Positions 41,379-51,615 are shown, counted from the stretch's first letter. The stretch: DNA of 64,000 nucleotides from an uncultured Chloroflexia bacterium (GCA_963765765.1 CAVXYC010000018.1:32001-96000), one strand, 5' to 3'. The notes: generated by a model from the letters alone, not told the origin. Made by a program: numbers and translations.

Positions 41379-41778
41379 ATGAGTCCGCCTAGCCTGATCC
41401 TGCTCTTCGACGGCACCTGAGGGTTCTGCACTCGCACCGTGCGCTGGGTTCGGGCGCACGATGCCGCCGGCCGTGTGCTGGCCCTCCCGAATCAGACCCC
41501 CGGTATCCTCGAGCGCTACAGGATCACCCGCGAGGATGCAGACCGTGAGGTTTGGGCCGTGGACATCACCGGCCGGCACGTTCGGCGGCGCCGCGGCAAT
41601 CAACAGGGTGCTCGTGGATCTCGCCGGCCCATGGGCAATGCTCGGCGCCGCGTATCGGCTGCCGCCCGTCCGCTGGGCCGAGAACCTCGGGTATGCGTGG
41701 GTTGCCCGGAATCGGCACCGGTTTAGCCGCTGGGGCGTGACGCCGGAGTGCCAGGAGCCTGGCGTCTCCTGCGGTTGA
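41379..41778 (+). CDS. DCC1/DUF393 thiol-disulfide oxidoreductase, candidate selenoprotein (one frameshift near 41575)
   Basis: LILLFDGT(TGA)GFCTR.V.W...HD matches DxxCxxC; GAAA...L and Y.WVARNRHR in the next frame. Confidence 0.85.
41438..41460 (+). promoter_or_regulatory. Candidate bacterial SECIS hairpin
   Basis: Stem cgtgcgct / ggcgcacg with loop GGGUUCG; stem begins 17 nt after TGA 41418-41420. Confidence 0.6.
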
Positions 41779-42128
41779 ATCTCCCGGGCGTTGGCTCTCG
41801 GCTCGTGCCGCATCCCCATCCTTCTGTGCATGCGCTTGCTTGTGTCCGCCAGCACCCATGCGATGAGCGCCGCGCCTATAGCCCGCTAGCCGACCTGGAG
41901 ATGATCCACGCCCCGGCCAGCACCCACATTTGCCCGGGACATGCTCACCGGTACCCCGCTCGTTGTCTTGATGTTATTTACAGTCGGCTCGCGGGCTAGC
42001 TCCCTGGCTGACTCAAGAGTCGCTCGTGCCAACGCATGGGATCCCACTTCCTGGCTAGTGGACGAGTGCCGGTGAAAGCACCGGATCCGCAAACAACGAG
42101 GATAGGGCTGGGTCTCTCAAACAACAAC

Positions 42129-42158
42129 AGGGGTCGGCGTGTGCACACGCCGACCCCT
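42129..42158 (-). terminator. Rho-independent terminator of the D/N/G-tail gene
   Basis: aggggtcggcgtgtgcacacgccgacccct followed on the minus strand by gttgttgttt. Confidence 0.75.
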
Positions 42159-42184
42159 TGAAGTATCCCGCGAACGTTTGCTCG

Positions 42185-42673
42185 TTAGTCGTTATCGTTG
42201 CCGTCGTCGTTATCGTTTCCGCCATCGTCGTTGTCATCGCCGCCGTCGTTGTCGTTGTTGTCCCCGCCTCCGCTACTCCGTACCGGGGCGGGGGCGGCGT
42301 TGCCCGACGAGGTCATGGACGTCGCCCGGAAGATCTTGGTGTCCGTATCATAATTGCCCGTGATGGAGAGAATTTCTGAGGGAATAACCAACGACGCCTG
42401 CGCCGTCTCGACGACCAGCTCCTCGAGCTGCGCCGGGTTGGTGATCGCCGGCCGCTCGGCATTGAAGCGAACCACACCTCCCGCCGCAATGATTGTCCCA
42501 GGAACCACCGTTGCGGTGAACGTCTCCACCGGGCCGATAATGGCTGACGGGGCCGCGTCGGCGCGCGTAGCCACCGATGCGGCTACGCCACCAATTGCCA
42601 TGGCAAAAATGCCTGCCACGGCGATTGCGGCACGCAATCCACTCATCATCTTATCCACTCCAGCGATACGCAT
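42185..42673 (-). CDS. Secreted paralog of the poly-Asp protein with an Asp/Asn/Gly tail
   Basis: Signal peptide ending ADA-A; shares GPVET, FN.ERPA.TNPA.LE and TG.YD...K.F.A; tail GGGDNNDNDGGDDNDDGGNDNDDGNDND. Confidence 0.85.
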   Translation of the reverse strand: MRIAGVDKMMSGLRAAIAVAGIFAMAIGGVAASVATRADAAPSAIIGPVETFTATVVPGTIIAAGGVVRFNAERPAITNPAQLEELVVETAQASLVIPSEILSITGNYDTDTKIFRATSMTSSGNAAPAPVRSSGGGDNNDNDGGDDNDDGGNDNDDGNDND

Positions 42674-42832
42674 CACTACCTCATAAGCTCCGCGCATGTG
42701 GACCCTCTCGGTCCAGACATATACACCCTTGAGCCATCTTACCGGGATGACGGTGCCCGGCCAGACTAACTCGAGCTGGGATTGACTCTCCTGCAGGAAA
42801 CGCTCAGGATCCGGGCGCCACGGCAGTGGAGC

Positions 42833-44278
42833 CTAGCGGGCGCCGCCTGCGGCCATGGCAACGCCTGACGTTCGGCGAGAGGGGGCGCTTACGCCCAGCA
42901 GCCCCAGCCCTAGGAGTATGCCCATCGCGGTGGCCGCCTGGGAGAAGCCCATGAGATACCCCGGCACCCCTGGCATCGCGGCGATGGCGGCACCGAGGAA
43001 CGCACTGGATAAGGAGACGCCTATCGCGTGTCCGAACTGGCGCGTGAGCTCCGTGAGTCCGCCAACGAACCCGCGCTGATCAACCGTGCGCAAGGCCGAT
43101 CACGTAGGTGTTGTTGATCGACGTAAATGCGCCCAGCCCGGCGCCCAGCATGGCGCTAATCGGGAACAGCATTGGATAGGGCAGCCACGCGCCGAGCTGT
43201 CCCAGGAGAATCAGGCCAGTCGCCATCATTCCCATTGTGATGAGCGCCAGGACGAAGGTTGGTCTGCGGGAGTAGATCCAACCACCGAGCACTGCCGAAA
43301 CGAGCATGAACATCTGCTGTACCAGCACGAGATGCCCCGTATCAGTGGGCGTCATGCCTCGTCCCCGCTCGAGAAGAAATGGCAGTAGAACGCCAGTAGC
43401 CAACATGCTCATGTGAGCAAGACCGTTGGCGATAACTCCACCCGTCAGTTTCCAATCACCGAGCAATGAGAAGCGCACTAGCGGAACTTTCATGTGGAGC
43501 TGGCGATACACAAACGCGGTGAACAACGCCAGACTCGCGAGGTGCATAGAGATGTGGTAGGGAGCGCCAGCTTCGAACGTCTCCGGACCGTCATGCAAAT
43601 GATTCATGCCCGTAAGAAGCAATCCGACCGCGCCAAAAAGCGTAAGAGCACTCAACCAGTCCACTCGCACCTTGTCAGCGCGACGCGGCACCAGATCGTA
43701 GCGAGAGCAAATGTACGCGGCGGCGATACCAACGGGGACTGGAATGAGAAAGGAGAGGCGCCAGCCAGCGCCCTCTGCGAGCAGCGTGCTCAACCACACG
43801 CCCGTCAGAGACGCAAGCCCGGAAGTCATGGTCAGTAGGCCCACCGCCGTGGCTCGGCTACTCCCCGGGAACGTCTGCGCAATAATGGCCAGCGTACTGC
43901 CCAGAATCATTGCCGAGCCCACGCCCTGAATAGCGCGGGCCGTGAGAAGCATGACGAAATCCGGCAACAATGCCGCGATGACACTCCCTACCGCGAAGAC
44001 GAGTGCGCCACTTCCGAAAACACGACCGTGCCCCACGCCATCGCCCAGCCGGCCGGTCAGCACCGAACCCACGAGAAACAGGAAATAGGCGTTCATTACC
44101 CATGCGCCGCCCTCAACGGGCACGTTCAGATCATGTGTGATGGTGGGCAAAATGGCAGAAACCGGTGCCATGGCCCAACCGGCAATGAAGTAGCCGGCGC
44201 ATACAGTGGCCAGGACGGCTCTGGGAGAGGAGGGAGGGAGACGGATCTGGGAGCGAGAGAGAGGTTCACAAAAGTCAT
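42833..44278 (-). CDS. DHA2-type MFS transporter (frameshifted near both ends)
   Basis: WVMNAY, GRLGDGVG, ARAIQGVGSA; C-terminal RQFG.AIG in another frame. Confidence 0.85.
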
Positions 44279-44391
44279 TGTGGCACAGGTATGGGCGACC
44301 GGTCTATGACCAGATCCCAGCGATCAGTGCCGAGTCATGAGCGATGAGCACTCCGAGTGCTACCATCGGCAGCGCGAGGAGAGCAGCTCTG

Positions 44392-45463
44392 ATGACACGT
44401 TCGCATCGTATTGTGGTGATTCCGGGCGACAGCATTGGCCCGGAAATCGTCGAGTCCGGATTACGCATTGTGGAAGCCGCCCGCGAGCACGTGGGCGGTT
44501 TCGACCTGCAGATCGATCAGCACTCCGCTGGCGCGGGCCACTATCGCCAGTACGGTCGGAATATCGATCCGGAGACGCTCGAGGCCTGCCGAACCGCGGA
44601 TGCGGTGATCAAGGGCCCGGTAGGGCATCCTGACGTTCGCAACCCGGACGGCACCGAGGCAGGTCTGTTGGGCGGCGTACTACGACTGGGCCTGGATCTC
44701 TTTGCCAACATCCGCCGGTTAAGCTCTGGCCGGGCGTGAAGGCGCCGGTCACCTGGCAGCCGGGCGAGATCGACTACGTAATTGTCCGTGAGAACACCGA
44801 GGGTCTGTACGCCTCACGAGGCCTGGGCGTCTCCAATAACTGGGCCGCATCAGACATTCTGTTCATGACTCGGCCTGGCGTGGAGCGCGTCTCCCGAGCG
44901 GCGTTCGAGCTGGCGCGCAAGCGCCAGGGGGCACCCTCGGACGGTGCGCATCGCGTCACATGTGTGGAGAAGAGTAACGTGCTCAAGAGCATGGCGTTCT
45001 TCAAGGCCATATTTCTCGAGATCGCTGAGGAGTATCCGGATATCGAGCATGAGACCCTCTACTCCGACGCGGCTGCGCAAGCACTGGTACTCAACCCCAG
45101 CCACTTTGACGTGCTGGTGATGGAGAACTTTCTCGGCGATTTACTGAGCGACCTGGGCGGCGGCACCGTTGGGCGGGATCGGCATGTGCCCGTCCGGTAA
45201 TATCGGCGCCGACGCCGCGGTATTCGAGCCAATCCACGGGAGCGCGCCCTCGCTGGGCGGCGTTAAACCGAGCGAACCCTGTGGCTCAGGTACTGTCGTT
45301 TTCGATGCTGCTCACGCATATCGGAGAGGGCGATGCCGCAGCTGCGGTTGAACACGGCGTGGGAGCCGCGCTGGCTGACGGCTCACTCACCATCGCGCCC
45401 GACGGCTGTCCCGTGGGCGGAACGCGCGCGGCCGCAGACGCCATCATCGAGCGCATCGCCTGA
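44392..45463 (+). CDS. Isocitrate/isopropylmalate/tartrate dehydrogenase family protein (3 apparent frameshifts)
   Basis: [50 protein letters not shown] across successive frames. Confidence 0.88.
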
Positions 45464-45477
45464 CAGAGGCGCATCCC

Positions 45478-45510
45478 GTAGGGTGCGGTGCCTCCGCGAA
45501 CGCCCTACGA
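45478..45510. repeat. GTAG-type REP-like palindrome
   Basis: cgtagggtgcg...cgccctacg between convergent genes. Confidence 0.5.
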
Positions 45511-45568
45511 GAGTGCCATCATCAACCACGGGATCTAGTGCGGTCGCGAACGAAGAGGCGTTGGGGAC

Positions 45569-45903
45569 CTAGAACACCCGCCCGCCCAGCGGCGCATCGC
45601 GCTCAGGCTCCAGCAAGATGACGTTGCCTTCGGCATCTGAACGCCCAGCACGAGCACCTCTGACTTGAATCCAGCGATGCGTCGCGGGGGCAGACTCACG
45701 ACCGCTATGACGAGGCGACCAACCAGCTCGTCCTTGGCGTAGTAGACAGTGATCTGCGCACTGGATCGGCGTATCCCCAGTTCGCCAAAGTCGATTGTCA
45801 GCTTGAACGCTGGCTTCCGAGCTTCGGGAAAGTCATCGACCGCCACAATGCGTCCCAGCCGCATGTCGACTTGCTGGAAATGCTGGAGTCCGTCTTCACT
45901 CAT
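45569..45903 (-). CDS. csaA: CsaA/Trbp111 tRNA-binding or export chaperone (frameshift near 45640)
   Basis: FPEARKPAFKL.IDFG, SSAQIT..Y, IAGFKSEVLVLG; corrected end GNVILLEP...PLGGRVF*. Confidence 0.9.
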
Positions 45904-45987
45904 TCATTTGCCGCATCAGTCCTGCGATCCCCGAATCTCCAGTGCGCACTTGATACACTCAAACTACGGGATGAACAGGATACTGCC

Positions 45988-46425
45988 ATGATGCTGCACA
46001 ACAATGAGAGCCACCAGCTCGCTGTCCAGTCTGGAGAGATCCAGGGCGACGCGCTCTACGAGGGAGAGGGGTTCGACATCGATCTGCTCCATCTGCCGGA
46101 CGGTGCACATTATTTCGCCTTGCGGTCGCACGATCGTCTTGTCAGCATCTGGCTGGAACCGGGCCTACTGCGGGAGCTCGATTACAGCATCGAGATGGCA
46201 TTGGGCGGGTCGGCGGAGGCTGGCGACGAGCGCGTTGGCGTGCAATTCGTCCCCGGTGATCCGCCGTTCTGGGACATCGAGATCAACCTGGGCGATGGCG
46301 CGGTGCCCTTCATTACCATGGCTCTGGATGCGGATGAGATGGAGGAGCTCCACGGGGCGTGCAAGGCATCGCGCCCGGTCATGATCGATCTTCCCGTGGA
46401 GCTAGACGAAGAGGAAAGCAAATAG
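45988..46425 (+). CDS. Acidic hypothetical protein
   Basis: Fills the gap between csaA and the LLM gene with gene-like codon usage; no recognised motif. Confidence 0.7.
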   Translation: MMLHNNESHQLAVQSGEIQGDALYEGEGFDIDLLHLPDGAHYFALRSHDRLVSIWLEPGLLRELDYSIEMALGGSAEAGDERVGVQFVPGDPPFWDIEINLGDGAVPFITMALDADEMEELHGACKASRPVMIDLPVELDEEESK

Positions 46426-46428
46426 CGG

Positions 46429-47280
46429 CTAACGGGCTCGACGTAGGTCAGGAAGCGCCTGCTGAGCGATCTTCGTAAGCGCGTCCCAGTGTCCGCCTTC
46501 GATAAGGAATTCACTGGCACCGACTCGCGCGTAGCTGTCAACAGCTCGCTTGAACTGATCCGATGACTCCACGGCATCACCACTGAGGGTCACCGACCAG
46601 CGAATCTCCGTCGGGTCGCGACCGATCTCATCGCAATATCTACGCAACAGTGCGCCCCGATCAGCAATGCGCTGCGGCGTCCCGAACGTGTGCCATGCGT
46701 CCGCCCACTTCGCCACTAATCGCAGCATCCGCGTGCCCGAGCTACCTACGAGGATCGGAATCCGCGGCTTCTGAACAGGTTTTGGAGAGAATGGCGCTTT
46801 GCTTACGGTGTAGTACGCGCCCATGACGGTCGGATGATCCTCTCGCATGAGTGCATCCAGGATCGATATCGCGTCCTGAAAACGATCGACACGCTCCCTG
46901 GCCGAGGGGAAAGGGATTCCGAAGTAACGGTGCTCCTGCTGATGCCAACCAGCACCCAGACCAAGCTCCAGACGGCCGTCGCTGATGTGGTCAACTGTGA
47001 CAGCCTGCTTGGCCAGTACCCCGGGGTTGCGATAGGTAGTACTGGTTACCAGGGATCCGATTCGGATGCGACTGGTGTGCGCGGCGAGACCGGCCAGGAG
47101 TGTCCAGGCCTCAAGTGAATCGCCATCCGTGTCGCCCGAGAGCGGAACGAAATGATCCCAATTCCAGGCGCTGTCAAACCCGAGGTCCTCGGCGCGCCTC
47201 CACTCATCAAGAATGATCTGCCACGTACGGTGGTGCTGCGGAAGCTGCACTCCAAATCGAAACGGCTGTGAGTCGGTCAT
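46429..47280 (-). CDS. LLM-class F420-dependent oxidoreductase
   Basis: WDHF, EAWTLLA, YRNP.VLAK, VDHISDGRL. Confidence 0.93.
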   Translation of the reverse strand: MTDSQPFRFGVQLPQHHRTWQIILDEWRRAEDLGFDSAWNWDHFVPLSGDTDGDSLEAWTLLAGLAAHTSRIRIGSLVTSTTYRNPGVLAKQAVTVDHISDGRLELGLGAGWHQQEHRYFGIPFPSARERVDRFQDAISILDALMREDHPTVMGAYYTVSKAPFSPKPVQKPRIPILVGSSGTRMLRLVAKWADAWHTFGTPQRIADRGALLRRYCDEIGRDPTEIRWSVTLSGDAVESSDQFKRAVDSYARVGASEFLIEGGHWDALTKIAQQALPDLRRAR

Positions 47281-47438
47281 TCGGCCTCCCTACCATCATT
47301 CTAGACAGGCCCAACCTGGGAGCGCGGGCGGGACGCCCTACCCCTCGGCCGTAGAGGCCGCATTTCAGCCGCGCGAATGGCTGGATGGGGAACTGGGCGC
47401 GGCCTCGACGGCCGACAGGACGCCCGCGCTCCCGGGCT

Positions 47439-49742
47439 CTACGCTCGCTGGAGCGGAGCAAAGGCCATGGAGAGCTTCTTGGAGATATTGCCCTTGAAGA
47501 GCACCTCCACCTGCTCGTCATCGCCGGTCATGCGACTGGCAACGACGACGCCCTCGCCGAACGAAGGATGGGTGACGCGGTCACCCGCCTTGAACTGCTG
47601 TTCAGAGACAACTTTTCGGACTGGAGTCGGCTCAACGTCGTCTATCTCGTCCATCTCATCCAGCTCGCGATGGCGCGCGGCAGGGCGAGCCGCCACCCTG
47701 GTCTGCGACCAACCTTCGTCGGCTCGCCGCGTCACGACCGGGCCGGGTCGCTGCGACGATGGGATGAATGAGCCCATGGAGGATGATCCACCGGAAGTGA
47801 TCTTGAGCAGGTTGGGGGGGATGTCTGCCAGGAACCGCGATGGGTCACTTGGACGGCTGGCGCCCCAGAATCCGCGACGGAATGCGTGAACCAGATACAA
47901 CCGCTCCATGGCCCGCGTGATCCCGACGTAGAAGAGCCGCCGCTCCTCTTCCATCTGATTGAAGTCTTCCAGGGAGCGCGAGTGAGGGAAGACTCCGTCT
48001 TCCAATCCCGTTATGAACACGATCGGATACTCGAGTCCCTTTGCCTGGTGCAGCGTGATCAGCGTGACAACACTGGCGCCTGACTCCATCGTGTCAACGT
48101 CCTGGACCAGCGAGACTTCCTCCAGCAAAATCGGAAGTGACTCTTCGGCTAGCATGCCTTCATAGTCCTCGGCCTTTGTCCGCAGCTCGCCGACGTTGCT
48201 CCAGCGATCCTCACCTTCGTCCGATCCGTCACGCAAAAACCGCTCGTATCCGGTGCGATCGAGGATCTGATCCAGCAAGTCGACCAGCGTCATCTTTCCG
48301 AGCTCAGCGCGCAAACCCGCGATGAGGTCATGAAAGGCGACCAGTCCCTTCTCGGCGCGTGCAGCAAACGGGGCGTTGCGCATCCGCTCATCCAGCGGAG
48401 CATCTGGACTGGCCATGATCTCCAGGGTTTGAAATGCTGGCATGCCCAGTTGTCGCGACCAGTTGGCCAGATCAGTGACGGTTTTCGCGCCGAGTCCTCG
48501 AGGCGGCACATTGATCATCCGCTCAAAGCTCACGATGTCATGTGGATTCTGAACGAGCCTCAAATAGGACAAGACATCTTTGATCTCTTTGCGCTCGTAG
48601 AACCGCGTGCCGCCAACCAATCGGTATGGCACTCCCGCCCGCACGAGGCCATCTTCCAGAGCTCTGGATTGAGCGTTCGTGCGATACATAATGGCGACAT
48701 CCGCCAACGACGCCTCACCCTGATGGATCAAGCGTGAGATCTCGCGAATCACGTACGCCGCCTCATCGCGCTCGTCAAAGGCATCGTGGAGAACGATGGG
48801 CGCACCGGACGGGTTCTCCGTCCAGAGATTCTTCGGCTTGCGTAGAGTGTTGGCCGAGATGATGGATTGAGCCGCGTCCAGAATCTTCTGCGTGGACCGG
48901 TAGTTCTGCTCCAGCGTGACCACGTTGAGGCCCGGGAAGTCGTCCTCGAAGTTGAGAATGTTGCGAATGTCGGCGCGGCGCCAGCCATAAATCGATTGGT
49001 CGGGATCGCCCACGACAGCGATGTTTTTATCCCGTGAGGCCAGAATCTTGACGAGCTGGTACTGGGCTACGTTGGTGTCCTGAAACTCGTCCACCATGAC
49101 GTATCGATAGCGATCCTGGTAGCGAGCGAGCGTCTCTGCTGACTCCCGGAAGAGGCGAACGGCCATTCCAATGAGATCGTCGAAGTCCAAGGCGACGCTC
49201 TCATGGAGGAGCTGCTGATAGCGCCGATAGATCGTGGCCGTCTGCTCTTCGAACGGACCCTTGGCATGCTCGGCATACGAGTGAACGCCCAGGAGCTCGC
49301 TCTTTGCCGATGAGATGCCGCTCAGAAACGCGCGTGGGTTAAACCGCTTCTCGTCAATGCTCAGCTCACGCATGATTCGCTTGACCAGATCCATCTGATC
49401 GTGATCGTCAAAGATAACGAAGTTACGATCGAGTCCTATCTCCTCGCCGTCCCGACGCAACCAGCGGGCGCACGTTGAGTGGAACGTGCCCATCGTCAAA
49501 TAGCGCGCTCGGGCCTCGCCGACCAAACTGTTGATGCGCTCGCGCATCTCACGCGCGGCCTTGTTCGTGAAGGTGACGGACAGAATGTTGGCGGGGTGAA
49601 TCTCCCCATCCATCATGTACGCGATGCGGTGAACGATGACCCGCGTCTTCCCCGATCCCGGCCCCGCCAGGATCAAGAGCGGCCCATCAATTGACCGCAC
49701 CGCCTCCTGCTGCGCCGGGTTCAAACCTTCAATTGAGAGCAC
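47439..49742 (-). CDS. pcrA: ATP-dependent DNA helicase PcrA/UvrD
   Basis: AGPGSGKT, TFTNKAA, VDEFQD, GDPDQSIY, NYRS, TLHQAKGLE, EERRLFYVGITRA, C-terminal Tudor-like HPSFGEG. Confidence 0.97.
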   Translation of the reverse strand: MLSIEGLNPAQQEAVRSIDGPLLILAGPGSGKTRVIVHRIAYMMDGEIHPANILSVTFTNKAAREMRERINSLVGEARARYLTMGTFHSTCARWLRRDGEEIGLDRNFVIFDDHDQMDLVKRIMRELSIDEKRFNPRAFLSGISSAKSELLGVHSYAEHAKGPFEEQTATIYRRYQQLLHESVALDFDDLIGMAVRLFRESAETLARYQDRYRYVMVDEFQDTNVAQYQLVKILASRDKNIAVVGDPDQSIYGWRRADIRNILNFEDDFPGLNVVTLEQNYRSTQKILDAAQSIISANTLRKPKNLWTENPSGAPIVLHDAFDERDEAAYVIREISRLIHQGEASLADVAIMYRTNAQSRALEDGLVRAGVPYRLVGGTRFYERKEIKDVLSYLRLVQNPHDIVSFERMINVPPRGLGAKTVTDLANWSRQLGMPAFQTLEIMASPDAPLDERMRNAPFAARAEKGLVAFHDLIAGLRAELGKMTLVDLLDQILDRTGYERFLRDGSDEGEDRWSNVGELRTKAEDYEGMLAEESLPILLEEVSLVQDVDTMESGASVVTLITLHQAKGLEYPIVFITGLEDGVFPHSRSLEDFNQMEEERRLFYVGITRAMERLYLVHAFRRGFWGASRPSDPSRFLADIPPNLLKITSGGSSSMGSFIPSSQRPGPVVTRRADEGWSQTRVAARPAARHRELDEMDEIDDVEPTPVRKVVSEQQFKAGDRVTHPSFGEGVVVASRMTGDDEQVEVLFKGNISKKLSMAFAPLQRA

Positions 49743-49817
49743 GCGGGGAGGAGCCTCCTGTTTGGGGTGGGACGAGAGAGTATAGCAACCAATCCGGCAG
49801 GGTCGTGCCTCATAGGA

Positions 49818-49889
49818 TCAAGGACACAAGAGACGTCAGGGACCTAGAGCACCGTCCCTGTGTCGCTGTTGTCTCTTTGGCCCCTTCCG
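49818..49889. repeat. Imperfect inverted repeat of about 9-mer units
   Basis: aaggacaca/agagacgtc/agggaccta versus gtccctgt/gtcgctgtt/gtctctttg. Confidence 0.45.
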
Positions 49890-49891
49890 CG

Positions 49892-50788
49892 CTAATCCAC
49901 TCTGACCTTTGTCTGCGCACGCTCTTCCTGGAGCATCCAGATCGCCGAAGAATCCTTGGAGTCCCACCCTCTTGAGAGCCCCTCGATCAGAGCTTGCTCT
50001 GCGAGGTTGGACACGTTCATTGGCACGTTGTACTCGCGTCCCAGCTCCGTAGCGAGGCCCACGTCTTTGCGGGCCAGAGCAAGGTAGAAGTCGGCCTGAT
50101 CAAACCGGTCCTTGAAGATGATGTTCGGCAGGCGATGCTTGAGCAGGTTCCCCTGACCGAATGCGCCACCCTGAATCGCTTCCAGAAGCTTCTCCGGTTT
50201 CACACCCGCCTTCACACCGAGAGTGAATACTTCCGCCATGGCCACGGCGGTCGCGTAGCTCAGCGTGTTGTGGCACAGCTTGGCGATCTCGCCAGCGCCG
50301 ATCTCGCCGATGTAGCTGACCTTGTCGCCAATCCCAAGGAGCGCCGGGCGGATTCGCTCGTAGATCTCTTCATCGCCACCAACCATGACCTGCAGCGTGC
50401 CGCGCTCCGCGCCGCCCGGACCACCACTCACCGGCGCATCGAGCACGTGGATGCCTTGAGTGCCAAGCTCTTTGTAGATGCGGCGAATGAGCGTGGGCGA
50501 GCTGGTAGAAAGGTCTGCGTATACCGCTCCGGAAGCAGCGCCCTGAAGGATGCCTCCTTCGCCCAGCGCGACTTCCTCAACCTGCTTCGGCCCGGGTAGC
50601 GACGTGAGAATGAGCTCGGCGCCCTGAGCCGCCTCGGCTGCGCTCTCGGCAAATCGAGCGCCGCTTCTCACGTGCGAATCGGCGGCGGCTCGATTCACGT
50701 CGTGTACCACCACGTCGTGCCCGGCCTTCTGCAGGTTGGCGGCCATGTGCCGCCCCATGTTCCCCAATCCGATAAATGCAATGCGCAT
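49892..50788 (-). CDS. Beta-hydroxyacid dehydrogenase (3-hydroxyisobutyrate/tartronate semialdehyde family)
   Basis: FIGLGNMG, DAPVSGG, KLCHN, KD.LA. Confidence 0.95.
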   Translation of the reverse strand: MRIAFIGLGNMGRHMAANLQKAGHDVVVHDVNRAAADSHVRSGARFAESAAEAAQGAELILTSLPGPKQVEEVALGEGGILQGAASGAVYADLSTSSPTLIRRIYKELGTQGIHVLDAPVSGGPGGAERGTLQVMVGGDEEIYERIRPALLGIGDKVSYIGEIGAGEIAKLCHNTLSYATAVAMAEVFTLGVKAGVKPEKLLEAIQGGAFGQGNLLKHRLPNIIFKDRFDQADFYLALARKDVGLATELGREYNVPMNVSNLAEQALIEGLSRGWDSKDSSAIWMLQEERAQTKVRVD

Positions 50789-50917
50789 GGTTCAGGTCCT
50801 CCGGAAGCGTGTCCGAACCAGTGTAATCCCGACTGGTAACCCGCGCTCGGCGGTTCATTGCGAGCCACGGATGCGCTCCCTAGACTGTCTGTCACTATCG
50901 ACACGAGGAGAGAGCAC

Positions 50918-51451
50918 ATGCCTGGGAAAGCCCGACGCATCGTCACAGCGGTCAATGAGCAGGGCCGTTCGTACATCCTGTCCGACATGGAGTTTCCAGC
51001 AGGTGACATCGACCCGGCGCATGGGGTGCGTGCGGGGCTGTGGCTGACAGACCGCGCCAGGCCCTCGAACGCGGGAGCGCACGATCCCGCACCAGACGGC
51101 GTCATCACCCAGACCCCGCCAGAGCATCGTGGCGGCACGGTGATTCGTATCTCTGACGTGTTGCCCGATGGAGTTCGCAAAGTAGATGCAGCCGAGATGC
51201 AGCGTCGCGGAGCTCAGACGACCCCGGACCGCTCAGCGATTCATCCCAACTTCCACAAGACCAACACCATCGACTACGCGATCTGCCTGGAAGGCGAGGT
51301 CTACGCCGTGATGGATGAAGGCGAGACGCTGATGAAAGCCGGCGACGTCCTGATCCAGCGAGGCACCTTCCACGCCTGGTCAAACCGCAGCGACACGATC
51401 GCAAGGATGTGCTACGTGCTCATCGACGCGGAGCCGTTAGAAGGCCACTAG
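50918..51451 (+). CDS. Cupin domain protein
   Basis: RRIVT...GRS, HKTNTIDY, GDVLIQRGTFHAWSN. Confidence 0.92.
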   Translation: MPGKARRIVTAVNEQGRSYILSDMEFPAGDIDPAHGVRAGLWLTDRARPSNAGAHDPAPDGVITQTPPEHRGGTVIRISDVLPDGVRKVDAAEMQRRGAQTTPDRSAIHPNFHKTNTIDYAICLEGEVYAVMDEGETLMKAGDVLIQRGTFHAWSNRSDTIARMCYVLIDAEPLEGH

Positions 51452-51476
51452 AGTCGAGTCAACAGGTTGGGCGTAG

Positions 51477-51590
51477 GAAGGACCCCACCCCAGCCCTCCC
51501 CGCTGCGGCAGGGAGGAGCCGGTGACCAAGAAAGCTGGAGAATCCGGCTCCCTCCCTGCCGCAGCGGGGAGGGCTGGGGTGGGGTTCTTC
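51477..51590. repeat. Long GC-rich inverted repeat (REP-like) between convergent genes
   Basis: accccaccccagccctccccgctgcggcagggagg... and its near-perfect reverse complement; arms about 41 bp. Confidence 0.85.
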
Positions 51591-51615
51591 CGCGAAAAGC
51601 TGGGGCCCTGCAAAA

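Noticed and set aside
44392-45463. Programmed frameshifting or true pseudogene
   Set aside because: No slippery sites, the motifs are intact, and similar indels occur across the window, which favours assembly error.
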